Source: an uncultured delta proteobacterium (lineage in GTDB: Bacteria > Desulfobacterota > Desulfobacteria > Desulfobacterales > B30-G6). From it: a stretch of 64,000 nucleotides of DNA. The position numbers and the translations under genes were made by a program. The notes under the pieces are model-generated. The model was not told the origin of the DNA. It did no database searches and saw nothing but the letters and a program-made list of their open reading frames with translations. Below are positions 21,288 through 32,121 of the stretch, one piece after another; within the stretch, counting starts at the first letter, position 1; every line of letters starts with the position of its first letter. The stretch is taken from the NCBI GenBank assembly GCA_963823335.1, contig CAWGLD010000002.1:32001-96000 (forward strand). The letters run 5' to 3'.

Positions 21288-22604
21288 ATGATACTACTCC
21301 GGTTATCAACATATATTCTGTGCTGCTGCTTTTGTGGATGGATGGGTCTGCTTTACGGGTGCGCCCAGAGCCCCGATGGTATCGGGGCAAAAAGCCTGTT
21401 ACAGCCTGCTGCAATTACCAGCGGGGAACGGCAGCAGGCGCCCGCAGAACAATATGCCGGGGAGGTACTTGCCTATTTGGTGCCGGTGACCCTCGGAAAG
21501 GCCGGGAACCCCAAACTTAGGGGTGAATGGGGTGAGAGGGGCTTGACGCTGCCCCTTGATTATGGGGCTCTCTCGGACATGATGCAGGGGCCTGAAAAGG
21601 ACCCACGTCGTTTAATGGTGCTGGACAATAGCATCCTGGGGCTTTCCCAGGTGCTTTATCATTATGATCAAAAATTGAATCTGTTCAAAGGTGAGGGCAT
21701 ACATAGATCTGTTTTTCCCAGTACAGAGCTTCTTGCTATTCGGGTGATGCTGTTACAAAAGATGAATCGCGGTGAAAAAGTGGGTCTGGCGGAACTGATG
21801 GGAAAAAAGGAAGAGCTGCTGAATCCCCGTGTAAGAGCTGGCAAGATCGATCTTAAAGGCACCCGTCTAGATTACTCTGAAATGAAACTCTTGAAAGATG
21901 TCATCCAGTCGGAGCCATCGTTTATGGCTTACCTGGAACACCCCTTTATTGTGGAGATGCTTTACAAAATCGGCGCTGTTTCCATGGACTCGTATGTCAA
22001 GGAAAAGATCCAGTCTGCTCATTACAGGAATTCCGGGTTCCAACAGGGCCGGCAAAAAACCGGCAAAAAATCTGTGCAGGTTGCCGTCTTACCCTCCATT
22101 GTTGATTCATTTGCCTATCAATCCATCGATACGGACGCTTATCCAATGGGATTTATGCCGCAGGAAACCTATTTCGAGGTCATTCAAACGTTTCAGGATA
22201 CGATGATCACTTTTCTGCAAAAACTTGTCGAGGCACAGATGTTTGGAGACGTAGCAACAGGAGACTCAGAGGAACCGAAAAGACGCAATAGACTGGTGAA
22301 GGCGTTTATAGAAGCGCATGTAGCTATCAGGCTCATGGATCAGCGACCGCTTGTTATTTACCCGGATAATGCCGAGAAGGTGATACAAGATGTTTGTCGT
22401 GATTCTGATTTCAATGTGATCGTTCTGGGAAAGAATGTCTATCTTTCCATGCAGATTTTGGATGTGGACACTTACCCGCATGTCAACCGACTGTACCTTG
22501 ATATGAGTGATGTCAGACATGGACAGGTGGATTATGAAATCAGCCAAATCAGCATGTTTGTGTTTAATAGACTGAAACCGTTGATACACAGAAGTCACCC
22601 ATGA
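21288..22604 (+). CDS. hypothetical protein, possible lipoprotein
   Basis: 438-aa ORF; LYGC lipobox-like; overlaps next gene ATGA. Confidence 0.65.
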   Translation: MILLRLSTYILCCCFCGWMGLLYGCAQSPDGIGAKSLLQPAAITSGERQQAPAEQYAGEVLAYLVPVTLGKAGNPKLRGEWGERGLTLPLDYGALSDMMQGPEKDPRRLMVLDNSILGLSQVLYHYDQKLNLFKGEGIHRSVFPSTELLAIRVMLLQKMNRGEKVGLAELMGKKEELLNPRVRAGKIDLKGTRLDYSEMKLLKDVIQSEPSFMAYLEHPFIVEMLYKIGAVSMDSYVKEKIQSAHYRNSGFQQGRQKTGKKSVQVAVLPSIVDSFAYQSIDTDAYPMGFMPQETYFEVIQTFQDTMITFLQKLVEAQMFGDVATGDSEEPKRRNRLVKAFIEAHVAIRLMDQRPLVIYPDNAEKVIQDVCRDSDFNVIVLGKNVYLSMQILDVDTYPHVNRLYLDMSDVRHGQVDYEISQISMFVFNRLKPLIHRSHP

Positions 22605-23398
22605 CAATATTCGATTTGATCGAGAGGTTATTCCATTTTGCTGCAGACGGCCTGTTTGCCGGGTTACCGCAACCGAAACCCGGGCAAGCGGCTCTGCGAA
22701 GATGCAGAATCATTTCCCATCGGGGCGAGCACGACAACGTTGCGGTGTTTGAAAATACGCTGGCAGCGTTTGACAGGGCCCGGGATCACGGTGTGTGGGG
22801 AATCGAATGTGACATCCGCTGGACAAAAGATCTCGTACCGGTTGTGTTTCACGATGCAGATTTGCAGCGTTTGTTCGGCGATTCCCTGGTGATCGGGCAG
22901 ACCATGTTCGAGCAGCTGAGAAATGAGTTTCCCCGGATTCCAACCCTGTCGGAAGTGCTGACACGATATGGCAAAAACATGCACCTGATGGTTGAGATCA
23001 AAGCCGAAGTATATCCGGATCCTGACTATCAAGGCCGGATTTTGTCCCAGATGTTCTCCGATTTGGTTCCTGGAGAAGATTTTCACTTTCTGGCACTGAA
23101 CCCACAACTGTTTAAATACGTTGATTTTGTGCCGTCCAGCACGTATCTCCCTGTGGCTCAGCTAAATCTACAGGAAATGAGCCGCCTGTCACTAAAGGAA
23201 AACTACGCTGGTCTTGCCGGGCACTACCTGTTTATTACGGACGCGCGTATGCGGAAGCATCAAAAAAATCGTCAAAAGGTCGGTACGGCCTATATTCGTT
23301 CAAGAAACAGCTTGTTCAGGGAGATCAACCGTGGTGCCGACTGGATTTTTTCCAACCATGCCTGTAAGGTTCAGAATATCTTGAATAAGACTATCTGA
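22601..23398 (+). CDS. glycerophosphodiester phosphodiesterase family
   Basis: ISHRG, ENTLAAF, ECDIR, VVFHD, VEIK. Confidence 0.85.
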   Translation: MTIFDLIERLFHFAADGLFAGLPQPKPGQAALRRCRIISHRGEHDNVAVFENTLAAFDRARDHGVWGIECDIRWTKDLVPVVFHDADLQRLFGDSLVIGQTMFEQLRNEFPRIPTLSEVLTRYGKNMHLMVEIKAEVYPDPDYQGRILSQMFSDLVPGEDFHFLALNPQLFKYVDFVPSSTYLPVAQLNLQEMSRLSLKENYAGLAGHYLFITDARMRKHQKNRQKVGTAYIRSRNSLFREINRGADWIFSNHACKVQNILNKTI

Positions 23399-23523
23399 AG
23401 GGAGAATGCTGGAACCTGTGCTGCAGAGATCGCTGCCATTGTGGGCATTAGTAAATCTGAAAAGGTTGCTCAGACAGACGGCTGTCAGCACGTGAGGTGT
23501 GGATTTCAAAATAAGGACCCTGG

Positions 23524-24654
23524 TCAGATGGTTTCAGAAGTCTTGAGTGATTCGATCTCCTGGGTGGTGAAGCCAAAATCCGCCAGAACCTTTTCCGTGT
23601 CCTGTCCCGGAATGGGTGGCGGGCTTTTGATCTCGGCTGCGGTCCTTGAAAAACGGGGCGCAGGGGCGGGCTGGAGCACACCGTCATTTTCGACAAAGGT
23701 TTTTCGCTGTTTGTTGTGGGGGTGCTCGGGTGCTTCCGACATGGACAATACCGGGGCAAAGCAGACATCACTGCCTTCCATGATCTCACACCACGCTTCC
23801 CGGGTTTTTGTCTTAAACACAGCCGAGAGTTTTTCTTTCAGTTGAGGCCATTGGGCGAAATCGAGCTGGTTCTGAAAATCCGGGTCGTCGATTTCGGTGA
23901 GCTTCAGCAGCAGTTCATAAAACTGGGGTTCGATGGCACCGATAGCGATGAACTTGTTGTCCGCGGTTTCATAGGTATCATAGAAATGAGCACCGGTGTC
24001 CAGGAGATTGGTTCCCGGTTTGTCCGTCCAGAGACCGGCCGCCTTAAGCCCGTATATCATAGTCATGAGTGCAGCGGAGCCATCCGTCATGGCGGCGTCC
24101 ACAACCTGTCCTTGTCCTGAATTGCGGGCCTCGAACAGTGCGCAGACCATACCAAATGCCAACAGCATGCCGCCGCCGCCGAAATCTCCCACAAGATTCA
24201 ACGGTGGTACAGGCTTTTGATCTTTACGACCGATGGTGTGCAAAGCGCCGGAAAGCGCAATATAGTTGATATCGTGGCCGGCTGCTCTTGCCAGGGGTCC
24301 TTCCTGTCCCCAGCCCGTCATTCTGCCGTAAACGAGTCTGGGGTTCCGCTTCAGACAGACATCGGGTCCGATACCCAGCTTTTCCATGACACCGGGACGA
24401 AACCCTTCCTGGAGGGCATCCACTCGCTCCAGCATCCTGAGCAGTGTCTGGACCCCTTCCGGCGTTCTGAGGTTGATGGAGATGGATTTACGATTTCGGG
24501 TCAGGAGATCGTACTTGGGATCAGACAGCGCCAACCCGCCTTTTCTCTCCACACGAACGATGTCGGCCCCCATATCCGAGAGCATCATGCCGCAGAAAGG
24601 CCCCGGTCCGATACCGCCGACCTCGATAATCTTAACGCCGTTTAATGGACCCAT
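23524..24654 (-). CDS. CaiB/BaiF family III CoA-transferase / alpha-methylacyl-CoA racemase
   Basis: [31 protein letters not shown]. Confidence 0.9.
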   Translation of the reverse strand: MGPLNGVKIIEVGGIGPGPFCGMMLSDMGADIVRVERKGGLALSDPKYDLLTRNRKSISINLRTPEGVQTLLRMLERVDALQEGFRPGVMEKLGIGPDVCLKRNPRLVYGRMTGWGQEGPLARAAGHDINYIALSGALHTIGRKDQKPVPPLNLVGDFGGGGMLLAFGMVCALFEARNSGQGQVVDAAMTDGSAALMTMIYGLKAAGLWTDKPGTNLLDTGAHFYDTYETADNKFIAIGAIEPQFYELLLKLTEIDDPDFQNQLDFAQWPQLKEKLSAVFKTKTREAWCEIMEGSDVCFAPVLSMSEAPEHPHNKQRKTFVENDGVLQPAPAPRFSRTAAEIKSPPPIPGQDTEKVLADFGFTTQEIESLKTSETI

Positions 24655-24670
24655 TTTCCCCTCCTGAACT

Positions 24671-24739
24671 GAAAAAGTGAGCGTATTCCCCGTAGGTTCT
24701 GCCGTTCGGCAGTGCTTCGCATGCTGCGAGGTTCTTCAA
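24671..24739. repeat. REP-like hairpin repeat
   Basis: GAAAAAGTGAGCGTATTCCCCGTAGGTTCTGCCGTTCGGCAGTG identical to about 30042-30085. Confidence 0.75.
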
Positions 24740-24747
24740 TGTGCTGC

Positions 24748-25299
24748 TTATACTGAACGTATTGACTGCTTGTATTTCTTAAATGCCGGACCGTCGGAGC
24801 GCCAGACATAGCACGTGTTTTTCAATCTTTTCATGGAATAGGCCTTGAGTGCCTGAGAATCGTTTGGCGAACGGGTTGCCGCAGTCCAGGCGCCCTGTAC
24901 AGCCGCAGGCGCCATGGCCATCAGGAGCGCCACGAGGTGGGCACATCCCTTTGCGCCGCCCACGAGCGCTTTGACTTTTACGGTAAAACCGGAAACGATC
25001 GACATCCCTATGATGGGTTGGAGGGATCGGCGTGTTTCGAGACAGCCATCGTTGGGAACCTTTGGCATTTCAACATCGATATCTTCAATGATGAGTCGGG
25101 GCCCCCGGACTTTCATGCGGATGACCATGTTGTGGACCACTCCGGGCTTTATAACATCGCCGCCGGATCGATAAGAGTCGATCAGTCGGTTGTCTTTCAA
25201 CTGTCCTTCTACGACAATCGCATCGTCCTGACAGGCGTAGATGGCCACATGAATGTTGCGCGTGTGGATTTTTTGAAGTTTTGTTTTGTCAATTGTCAT
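24748..25299 (-). CDS. DUF2889 family protein
   Basis: IHTRNI, VHNM, GCAHL motifs; acyl-CoA metabolism context. Confidence 0.75.
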   Translation of the reverse strand: MTIDKTKLQKIHTRNIHVAIYACQDDAIVVEGQLKDNRLIDSYRSGGDVIKPGVVHNMVIRMKVRGPRLIIEDIDVEMPKVPNDGCLETRRSLQPIIGMSIVSGFTVKVKALVGGAKGCAHLVALLMAMAPAAVQGAWTAATRSPNDSQALKAYSMKRLKNTCYVWRSDGPAFKKYKQSIRSV

Positions 25300-25442
25300 G
25301 ATGGGTTAATTTTCCGTTTCTTTTTATGGTTGAAGGTTTCATCAAAATTTGTTTGCTGACCATATCATAAGATGGGCTTGATCTAAAACCCTATATCTGA
25401 GATGGTTAAATATTACGTTTATAAAAAGGTGGAAGGAATACC

Positions 25443-26048
25443 ATGAAGACAGAAATGACGATCGAGATCTTTTCAGACACCATTTGACCGTGGTGCTATT
25501 TCATTACAGGTCGTATTGAAAGATTGAAAAATGAGCTGGGTGTCCGTGTCCGCTGGCTGGCCTTTCCGTTACATCCGGAAACACCGGAAGAGGGGCGAAC
25601 GCTGGAAGAGCTGTTTGCCGGCCGTCCCTACAACATTCCGGAAATGATGGCCCATCTGAAAACAATTGCCGATGCCGAAGGGCTTCCTTTTGGAAATCGT
25701 ACGAGAACCTATAACAGCCGCCTGGCCCAGGAGTTGGCCAAATGGGCGGAATCTCAGGGTAAGGGAGATGTGTTTCATGCGGCTGCTTTCCGGACCTATT
25801 TTGTAGATGGGAAAAACATCGCCAGGATGGAAAACCTGATCGACATCGCGGTTTCCGTCTCCCTGGACCCGGATGAAGCCAGACGGGTTTTCGAGGAGAG
25901 AACCTATCGAGAAGCCGTTGATGCTGACTGGCAACGTGCGCACCAACTGGGTATTACGGCTGTTCCCACTTTCTTGTATGGGAAGGGTCGTCTGGTGGGA
26001 GCCCAGCCGTATGAAGCGCTGAAACAGTTTGTGGGTCAATGGACATAA
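25443..26048 (+). CDS. FrnE/DsbA-family oxidoreductase, predicted selenoprotein (UxxC; UGA at 25485-25487)
   Basis: MKTEMTIEIFSDTI-U-PWCYF reads in frame into ORF 25524-26048 (FPLHP, GITAVPTF); GGAAGGAA RBS. Confidence 0.85.
25499..25521 (+). promoter_or_regulatory. putative bacterial SECIS hairpin
   Basis: TTTCATTAC-AGGTC-GTATTGAAA, starting 12 nt after UGA, G-containing apical loop. Confidence 0.6.
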
Positions 26049-27043
26049 TGCTGGATAGGTCGGCGCCATCCAGCCGTGTTGAAATGGTCGGAAACATTGG
26101 TTCCAGGGGCCACCAGGGTGTCGAACCAGACCAGATCATCAGATAACAGGTGGATATTCCGGGCTGAAACCAGATCATCCAGGTGCTCGGGTGTGCGAGG
26201 GCCGATAATAACTGAAGTGATGGCAGGCTGGTGTAAGATCCATGACACGCTTAGTGATGTGGACGACAGTTCCATTTTTTTGGCCCGCTGGATGACTTTT
26301 TGAGCAACTCCTATGCCTGCGTTGGTAATACGTTCCGCATAGATGCTTTTTTGTGTTGCCCGGCTGCCTTCAGGGAAATCGTCTGCTTTCAGGTACCTGC
26401 CGGCCAGTAAGCCCTGAGCAAGTGGTGACCAGGTGAGTATGCCCATATCGTATTTCAGACACATGGGCACGACTTCGTTTTCGATTCTTCGGTCGAGAAG
26501 ATTATAAGGTGGCTGCTCGCAGACAAACTTAGCAAAGCCCTTTCGATCCGCTAGGTGAAGTGCTTCAACCGTGCGCCATGCCGGATGCGTGGAGCAGGCA
26601 ATGTATCGTACACAGCCCTGATTCACCAGATAGGTTAAGGCGCTCAATGTCTCCTCTTGGGGGATGTCCCAGTCCGTGCGGTGAAGAAAGAAAATATCGA
26701 TATAATCGGTCTGTAGCCGTTTCAGGCTTTCCATGCAACTGTTGATCAGGTTGTGCCGGCTGTTTCCACTCGTGTTTGGTTTATCACTGGTGGGCATATA
26801 GGCTTTTGAGGTCAACAGGACATGATGCCGTTTGCCATTGTTTTTAAGCGCCTTACCCAGGATTTTCTCACTCCTGCCGCCTGCATAGACGTTGGCGCAA
26901 TCCAACAAATTGATGCCATAGTCAAGCGCCTTGTCTATCATCAGCAAAGAGGTAGTTTCGTCTGTGGGCCCACCGAAATTCATCGTGCCCAATGTTAATT
27001 CTGAGATCATCAGTCCGGAGCGACCTAACCGTCTATATTGCAT
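26036..27043 (-). CDS. aldo/keto reductase
   Basis: YRRLGRSGL, LGTMNFG, DCANVY, SLKRLQTDYID, WSPLAQG. Confidence 0.9.
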   Translation of the reverse strand: MQYRRLGRSGLMISELTLGTMNFGGPTDETTSLLMIDKALDYGINLLDCANVYAGGRSEKILGKALKNNGKRHHVLLTSKAYMPTSDKPNTSGNSRHNLINSCMESLKRLQTDYIDIFFLHRTDWDIPQEETLSALTYLVNQGCVRYIACSTHPAWRTVEALHLADRKGFAKFVCEQPPYNLLDRRIENEVVPMCLKYDMGILTWSPLAQGLLAGRYLKADDFPEGSRATQKSIYAERITNAGIGVAQKVIQRAKKMELSSTSLSVSWILHQPAITSVIIGPRTPEHLDDLVSARNIHLLSDDLVWFDTLVAPGTNVSDHFNTAGWRRPIQHYVH

Positions 27044-27194
27044 ATGGCTGATTCTCCTTATTATGAATTCGTGTAACGAAGTTAATAGCATAAAATGATT
27101 TATTGAACCACAAAAAATCATAACTTCTTGAAAAGATGTGAGAAGTATGCTTCTGTTGTCAGGGCAAAACCAAGCAATAAAAGGAGAGGGCAAG

Positions 27195-28076
27195 ATGGCT
27201 ATACAGAAGATCATGGTTGTGGGCTCGGGTCTCATGGGGAGCGGCATTGCGCAGGTCTGCGCGCAGGCCGGACGTGACGTTCTGTTATATGATGTTTCCG
27301 CTGAGGCCCTGCAAAAGGCGGTCAAAAGTATTGAATGGTCCGTGGGAAAACTGATTGAGAAAGGAACCTTGCGTGAAACCGGGTCAGCCGTTATCGGCCG
27401 TATAAAGATGATTCAAGAACTTTCGGCGGGCAAAGATGTCGACCTGGTCATCGAGGCTGTTTTTGAAGAGCGTGAATTGAAGCAGGACATATTCCGACGC
27501 CTGGACAGAATCTGCAGCCCGGGAACCCTGTTTGCAAGCAATACATCCGCAATCCCCATCACGGATCTCGCGGCTGTCACCAGCCGGCCGGATAAATTCA
27601 TGGGACTGCATTTTTTCAGCCCGGTGCCCATGATGCAGGCCGTTGAAGTGGTTCGTGGTACGGCAACAGCCGATGACACACTGGCGTCGGGCATGGCTTT
27701 TGTCCGGAGCATCGGGAAAGAACCGATTCAGGTAAACCGCGATGTCGGGGGGTTTGTCATCAATCGGATCAACTTTCCCTCGGCTATTGAGGCCATGAAT
27801 CTTGTTGAGGCGGGTGTTGCCGCCGTGGAAGACATCGACAAGGGATTGCGACTCGCTTCCGGTAGGAAAATGGGTATCTTCGAGACCGGTGACATGGTCG
27901 GCCTGGACGTGACCTATGGTGCCTTGATGTCCATGTATCAGGAAACCGGTGACGGACGGTGGTATCCACCGCTTTTGCTGCGCAGAAAGGTCAAAGCGGG
28001 CCATCTGGGACGCAAAACCGGCAAGGGCTGGTATGAATACAACCCGGACGGCACCCGAAAAAAAAATAATAATTAG
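27195..28076 (+). CDS. 3-hydroxyacyl-CoA dehydrogenase
   Basis: GSGLMGSGIA, EAVFE, SNTSAI, GLHFFSP, GRKTGKGWY. Confidence 0.9.
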   Translation: MAIQKIMVVGSGLMGSGIAQVCAQAGRDVLLYDVSAEALQKAVKSIEWSVGKLIEKGTLRETGSAVIGRIKMIQELSAGKDVDLVIEAVFEERELKQDIFRRLDRICSPGTLFASNTSAIPITDLAAVTSRPDKFMGLHFFSPVPMMQAVEVVRGTATADDTLASGMAFVRSIGKEPIQVNRDVGGFVINRINFPSAIEAMNLVEAGVAAVEDIDKGLRLASGRKMGIFETGDMVGLDVTYGALMSMYQETGDGRWYPPLLLRRKVKAGHLGRKTGKGWYEYNPDGTRKKNNN

Positions 28077-28114
28077 CGACAACGTCGCGTCTGATAAAGT
28101 CGTGAGGCGATTTT

Positions 28115-29905
28115 ATGATGGATCATTTTAAGGTCAATCCAAAAGACCTCTTTTTCATCCTCAGGGAACAGCTCTCATACGGTTCCCTGTGCCGGCTGGA
28201 CCGGTACAAAGAGCTCAGCGAGAGTGCCTTTGACATGCTGGTGACCGAGGCTGTCAGCTTTGCCAGGGGGGTTGTGGCACCCCTCCAGGCGATCGGTGAG
28301 GCCAGTGGCGTGAGTTTTGGCGGTGGTTCCGTTACCTGCCCCAAGGAGTTTAAAGAGGCCTTCAGGCAGTACGGCGAGGATGGGTGGACCGCCGCCGCCA
28401 GAAATACGGAATACGGCGGTCAGGGTTTTCCGCATATGATGCGCATTGTCATCAACGACCTCATGTACGGGGCCTGCCAGTCATTTAACATGGCACCCAG
28501 TCTGACGCATGGTGCTGCTCATTTGATCGAAAGTTTCGGCAGTGATGCTTTAAAGCGGTTGTTTGTTCCGAAGATGTTCAAAGGAGCCTGGGCCGGCACC
28601 ATGTGTTTGACCGAGTCCGAGGCCGGATCGAATCTGGCGGCAATTCAAACAACGGCCATTCCTGACGGGAACGCATTTCGTCTCAAGGGCTCAAAAATTT
28701 TCATTTCCTGGGGAGACCATGACCTGACCGAGAACATTATCCACCTGGTGCTGGCGCGAATCCAGGGCGCTCCCCCGGGTGTAAAAGGCATTTCCCTGTT
28801 TGTCGTGCCGAAGATACGTGTTGAGAAAGATGGCAGTCTTGGCCGGCCCAACGATGTCGTTTGCACGGGCGTGGAAGAAAAACTGGGCTTGCATGCATCG
28901 CCTACCTGCATGTTGAATTTCGGGGCCGGGGATGGATGCATCGGGTATCTCTGTGGTAAGGAGAACAAAGGGCTCGCTCACATGTTCCAGATGATGAATT
29001 CGGCCAGGATCAACACCGGCGTCAGCGGCATGGGTATTGCCAGCACCGCCTATCTGAATGCACTGGCATACACAGCGCAGCGCCGGCAGGGCCAGGATAT
29101 CACCGGCAGTAAGGCCGGTGATGTGGCCATTATTGATCACCCCGATGTTCGCCGGATGCTCCTGTGGATGAAGGCGTCCGTGGACGGGATGCGGTCCATG
29201 ATATACAGCTGTGCGTTCTGGCAGGATTTTGCCTTGGAACTGCCCCAGGGCCCTGAGCGGGACCACTACGCCAACCTTGTGGATTTCATGACACCCATCA
29301 TCAAGGCTTGCTGCTCTGAATGGGGATTCAGGGTTTGCGAGACAGCCATTCAGTGTCTGGGTGGATATGGGTATTGTAAAGACTACCCGCTGGAGCAATA
29401 CTTGCGGGACGTCAAAATTCTGTCCCTTTACGAAGGAACCAATGGCATCCAGGCCATGGATCTGCTGGGTCGAAAAATGGTCATTCGCGAGGGGGCCTGC
29501 TACCAGGCTTTTCGAACAGAAATCATATCGTTCTGTCGTAAGCATCAGGAGCATTCCGGTCTGGGACAACAGGTGAAGGCATTGGCAAGGGTGATGCAGC
29601 ATCTCCACCAGGCCACCGGAAAATTGGCGGACATGAAAAAGAATGCCCCACGCCAGTGGGCTTCCAGGTCCTATCCCATGTTGATGGTGTTTGGCGAGAT
29701 CAGCATGGCCTGGCGGTTGCTGGATATGGCCCTGGTAGCCTTGGATCTTTCCCGGAAAAAAGGCAGGAAAAGTGATTTCTATCGTGGCAAAGTCATGCAG
29801 GCGACGTTTTTTATCGATCAAACACTGCCGGGAACGCTTACCAGCATGCAGACCTGTCTGAGGGAGGGCCGGGAGATTGTGGAGATGCCGGAAAGGGCGT
29901 TTTAG
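28115..29905 (+). CDS. acyl-CoA dehydrogenase
   Basis: GTMCLTE, GSKIFIS, EEKLGLHASPT, GGYGY, YEGTNGIQ. Confidence 0.9.
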   Translation: MMDHFKVNPKDLFFILREQLSYGSLCRLDRYKELSESAFDMLVTEAVSFARGVVAPLQAIGEASGVSFGGGSVTCPKEFKEAFRQYGEDGWTAAARNTEYGGQGFPHMMRIVINDLMYGACQSFNMAPSLTHGAAHLIESFGSDALKRLFVPKMFKGAWAGTMCLTESEAGSNLAAIQTTAIPDGNAFRLKGSKIFISWGDHDLTENIIHLVLARIQGAPPGVKGISLFVVPKIRVEKDGSLGRPNDVVCTGVEEKLGLHASPTCMLNFGAGDGCIGYLCGKENKGLAHMFQMMNSARINTGVSGMGIASTAYLNALAYTAQRRQGQDITGSKAGDVAIIDHPDVRRMLLWMKASVDGMRSMIYSCAFWQDFALELPQGPERDHYANLVDFMTPIIKACCSEWGFRVCETAIQCLGGYGYCKDYPLEQYLRDVKILSLYEGTNGIQAMDLLGRKMVIREGACYQAFRTEIISFCRKHQEHSGLGQQVKALARVMQHLHQATGKLADMKKNAPRQWASRSYPMLMVFGEISMAWRLLDMALVALDLSRKKGRKSDFYRGKVMQATFFIDQTLPGTLTSMQTCLREGREIVEMPERAF

Positions 29906-29907
29906 CA

Positions 29908-30122
29908 AGAAGTGGTTTGAAAATATCCCCTCGAGCTCAATCTCTGTGTAGAGGCGACACGCTTAATCCTCAAAATACCAACTGTATTCCTGCGGTTGAA
30001 CGAATCGCCTTGACCTTGAACCCGATCGAAGATTTAGAACCGAAAAAGTGAGCGTATTCCCCGTAGGTTCTGCCGTTCGGCAGTGTTACGCAGGCTGCTG
30101 CGGGGTTCTTCAAACCACTTCT
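29908..30122. mobile_element. 215-bp composite MITE-like element
   Basis: Perfect 14-bp terminal IR AGAAGTGGTTTGAA / TTCAAACCACTTCT; contains the core seen at 8639-8784 plus the hairpin seen at 24671. Confidence 0.7.
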
Positions 30123-30187
30123 ATTATTGTAAAAGCGGCAACGCCGCGTTCGATAAAATCTCTTTGCGATTTTATGGGGGTAAAAAT

Positions 30188-31432
30188 ATGAAAGAAGCCG
30201 TTATCATCAGTGCCGTCAGAACACCGGTGGGGCGTTATATGGGAGCCCTGAAAAATATTGAGGCATATGACCTGGCTGCAAAGATTTTAAATGCGGCGGT
30301 TGAGAAAGCACGCATTTCTCCGGAGCAGGTGGACGAAGTTATCATGGGACAATCCTATCAGAACGGCGAATATGTCAATATTGCCAGGATGGCTCTTTTA
30401 CAGGCCGGCTGGCCAGATCACATTCCCGGTGTAACCCTGGACAGGCGATGCTGCACCGGGCTGGAAGTCGTTCGCTATGCCGCCGCCCTGATACGATCCA
30501 ATCAAGCTGAGATCGTCATGGCCGGTGGTGTGGAGAGCATGAGCAATGCGGAATTCTATCTTCCCGGCCGGATCAAATGGGGCCTTGGTGGCCAGGCGGG
30601 TATGCCAAAAGGGCATGGGGATGTCTCCATCTGGGGACTCCCGTTTTATGATCGTATTCAACGTGCCCGGGTCATGTCTCAACCAAGGGCCCGCTATGGA
30701 ATTCTGCCATCCATGATGTCTTGGGCGGAAACAGCGGCGAAAGAAGAAAGCATTTCTAGGCAAGCCTGCGATCAGTGGTCTCTGGAAAGCCACCGAAAAG
30801 CGGTGTTTGCGGCATCTGACGGCAGATTTGATGACGAAATCCTTCCGGTGGAGGTACCTGAAAAGAAGGGGGCTGTCGTCCTGTTTGGTGCTGACGAGAC
30901 GCCTCGTCCGGATACATCCATTGAGACCTTGGCCGGCCTCAAACCAGTCATGGGGGGGGTATGCACGGCAGGCAATTCTTCCACGGAAAGTGATGGTGCA
31001 GCTGCCGTAGTGGTTACTTCCGCGGAAAAGGCCCGGGAACTCGGTGTTGAGCCCCTCGCGTCTATCCAATCCTGTGCAGTGGTGGGTGGAGACCCCCGAA
31101 GAGCCTACCAGACGGTGCCGCTTGCGGTGCGGAAAGCCCTCGAGGCGTCACAGATGACCCTGGACCAGATTGGCCGCATCGAAATTCAAGAGGCTTTTGC
31201 GGCCCAGGTTCTGGCGGATTTAAAGGCCCTGGGATTGGGCGTCGGTGATTACAAGAAAATCAATGTCAATGGTTCAGGGATCTCCCTGGGACATCCTATA
31301 GCCTGCACGGGAACGCGTGTGCTGGTGACGCTTCTGCATGAAATGAAACGTGAGGATATTGAATACGGACTGGTGTCCATCTGCGGCGGAGGCGGGCTTG
31401 GCATAGCGGCAGTGCTGAGAAAAGGGTCATAG
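30188..31432 (+). CDS. thiolase family (acetyl-CoA C-acyltransferase)
   Basis: RTPVG, DRRCCTG, GGVESMS, QEAFA, NGSGISLGHP, SICGGGG. Confidence 0.9.
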   Translation: MKEAVIISAVRTPVGRYMGALKNIEAYDLAAKILNAAVEKARISPEQVDEVIMGQSYQNGEYVNIARMALLQAGWPDHIPGVTLDRRCCTGLEVVRYAAALIRSNQAEIVMAGGVESMSNAEFYLPGRIKWGLGGQAGMPKGHGDVSIWGLPFYDRIQRARVMSQPRARYGILPSMMSWAETAAKEESISRQACDQWSLESHRKAVFAASDGRFDDEILPVEVPEKKGAVVLFGADETPRPDTSIETLAGLKPVMGGVCTAGNSSTESDGAAAVVVTSAEKARELGVEPLASIQSCAVVGGDPRRAYQTVPLAVRKALEASQMTLDQIGRIEIQEAFAAQVLADLKALGLGVGDYKKINVNGSGISLGHPIACTGTRVLVTLLHEMKREDIEYGLVSICGGGGLGIAAVLRKGS

Positions 31433-31471
31433 AGCTGCATTGATGGAGCACCAACAATATGAGATGCCTTC

Positions 31472-31574
31472 TATAGGGGTTGTCAGAAAAACGTTCCGAT
31501 TGAGGACCTTTTTTCTGCTACAACCCCTTATGCCGCCATCCTATTTTCGGAACATTATTATGACAAGCGGTATA
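31472..31574. mobile_element. 103-bp MITE-like element, copy 2
   Basis: Reverse complement of 2732-2834 with only a few differences. Confidence 0.8.
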
Positions 31575-31581
31575 AATAGTG

Positions 31582-31893
31582 TCACTCAAGCAGTGTACTC
31601 AGGATGGAAGTGCTGACGCCCATATTGAATTTGATACCCATTCCCTCAGGGCTGGACCACATAACTTCTCCGATGATCTTGATGGATTGTTCATCTCCAT
31701 GGAGGGGAATTGTCATACTGACCGATTCGCCGACAGGAACTTTGGTGTCTGATTGAATAAAGGCACCCCAGCAGTTAATATCCGTAATAAAGTCGATAAA
31801 GCTCAGATCCATGGTCGCATAGCCGACCTTTAGCTCGCAGGTTTGACGGGTGTGATTTCTGCGATCTTTTGCTTTTTCGGGATTGTTTGCCAT
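31582..31893 (-). CDS. PilZ domain protein
   Basis: RRNHTR (RxxxR) and DINCWG (D/NxSxxG-like), GMGIKF. Confidence 0.75.
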   Translation of the reverse strand: MANNPEKAKDRRNHTRQTCELKVGYATMDLSFIDFITDINCWGAFIQSDTKVPVGESVSMTIPLHGDEQSIKIIGEVMWSSPEGMGIKFNMGVSTSILSTLLE

Positions 31894-32121
31894 GTTCGAT
31901 TTTCTTTTCAGTCAAGTTGCCGGAAATTTATTGGAGCATGAATAGCTGACTTTGTCAAATCAATGATATGGGCGGACAGGTTGAGAACGAAATGGCCCTA
32001 AAAAGAAAAAAAATGAATATCCATTATATAATCCCTTGACATAATTATTTAAAACTGCCAATTGTTATATACGTTTCTGTACCTGTTTAAACGATATATA
32101 AACATAGGAGTATTTTTTACG

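Noticed and set aside
28691-29908. Long antisense ORFs (for example 28691-29908, 33259-34152, 2712-3530, 27384-28082, 299-901)
   Set aside because: Shadows of well-supported genes on the opposite strand with no recognisable motifs.
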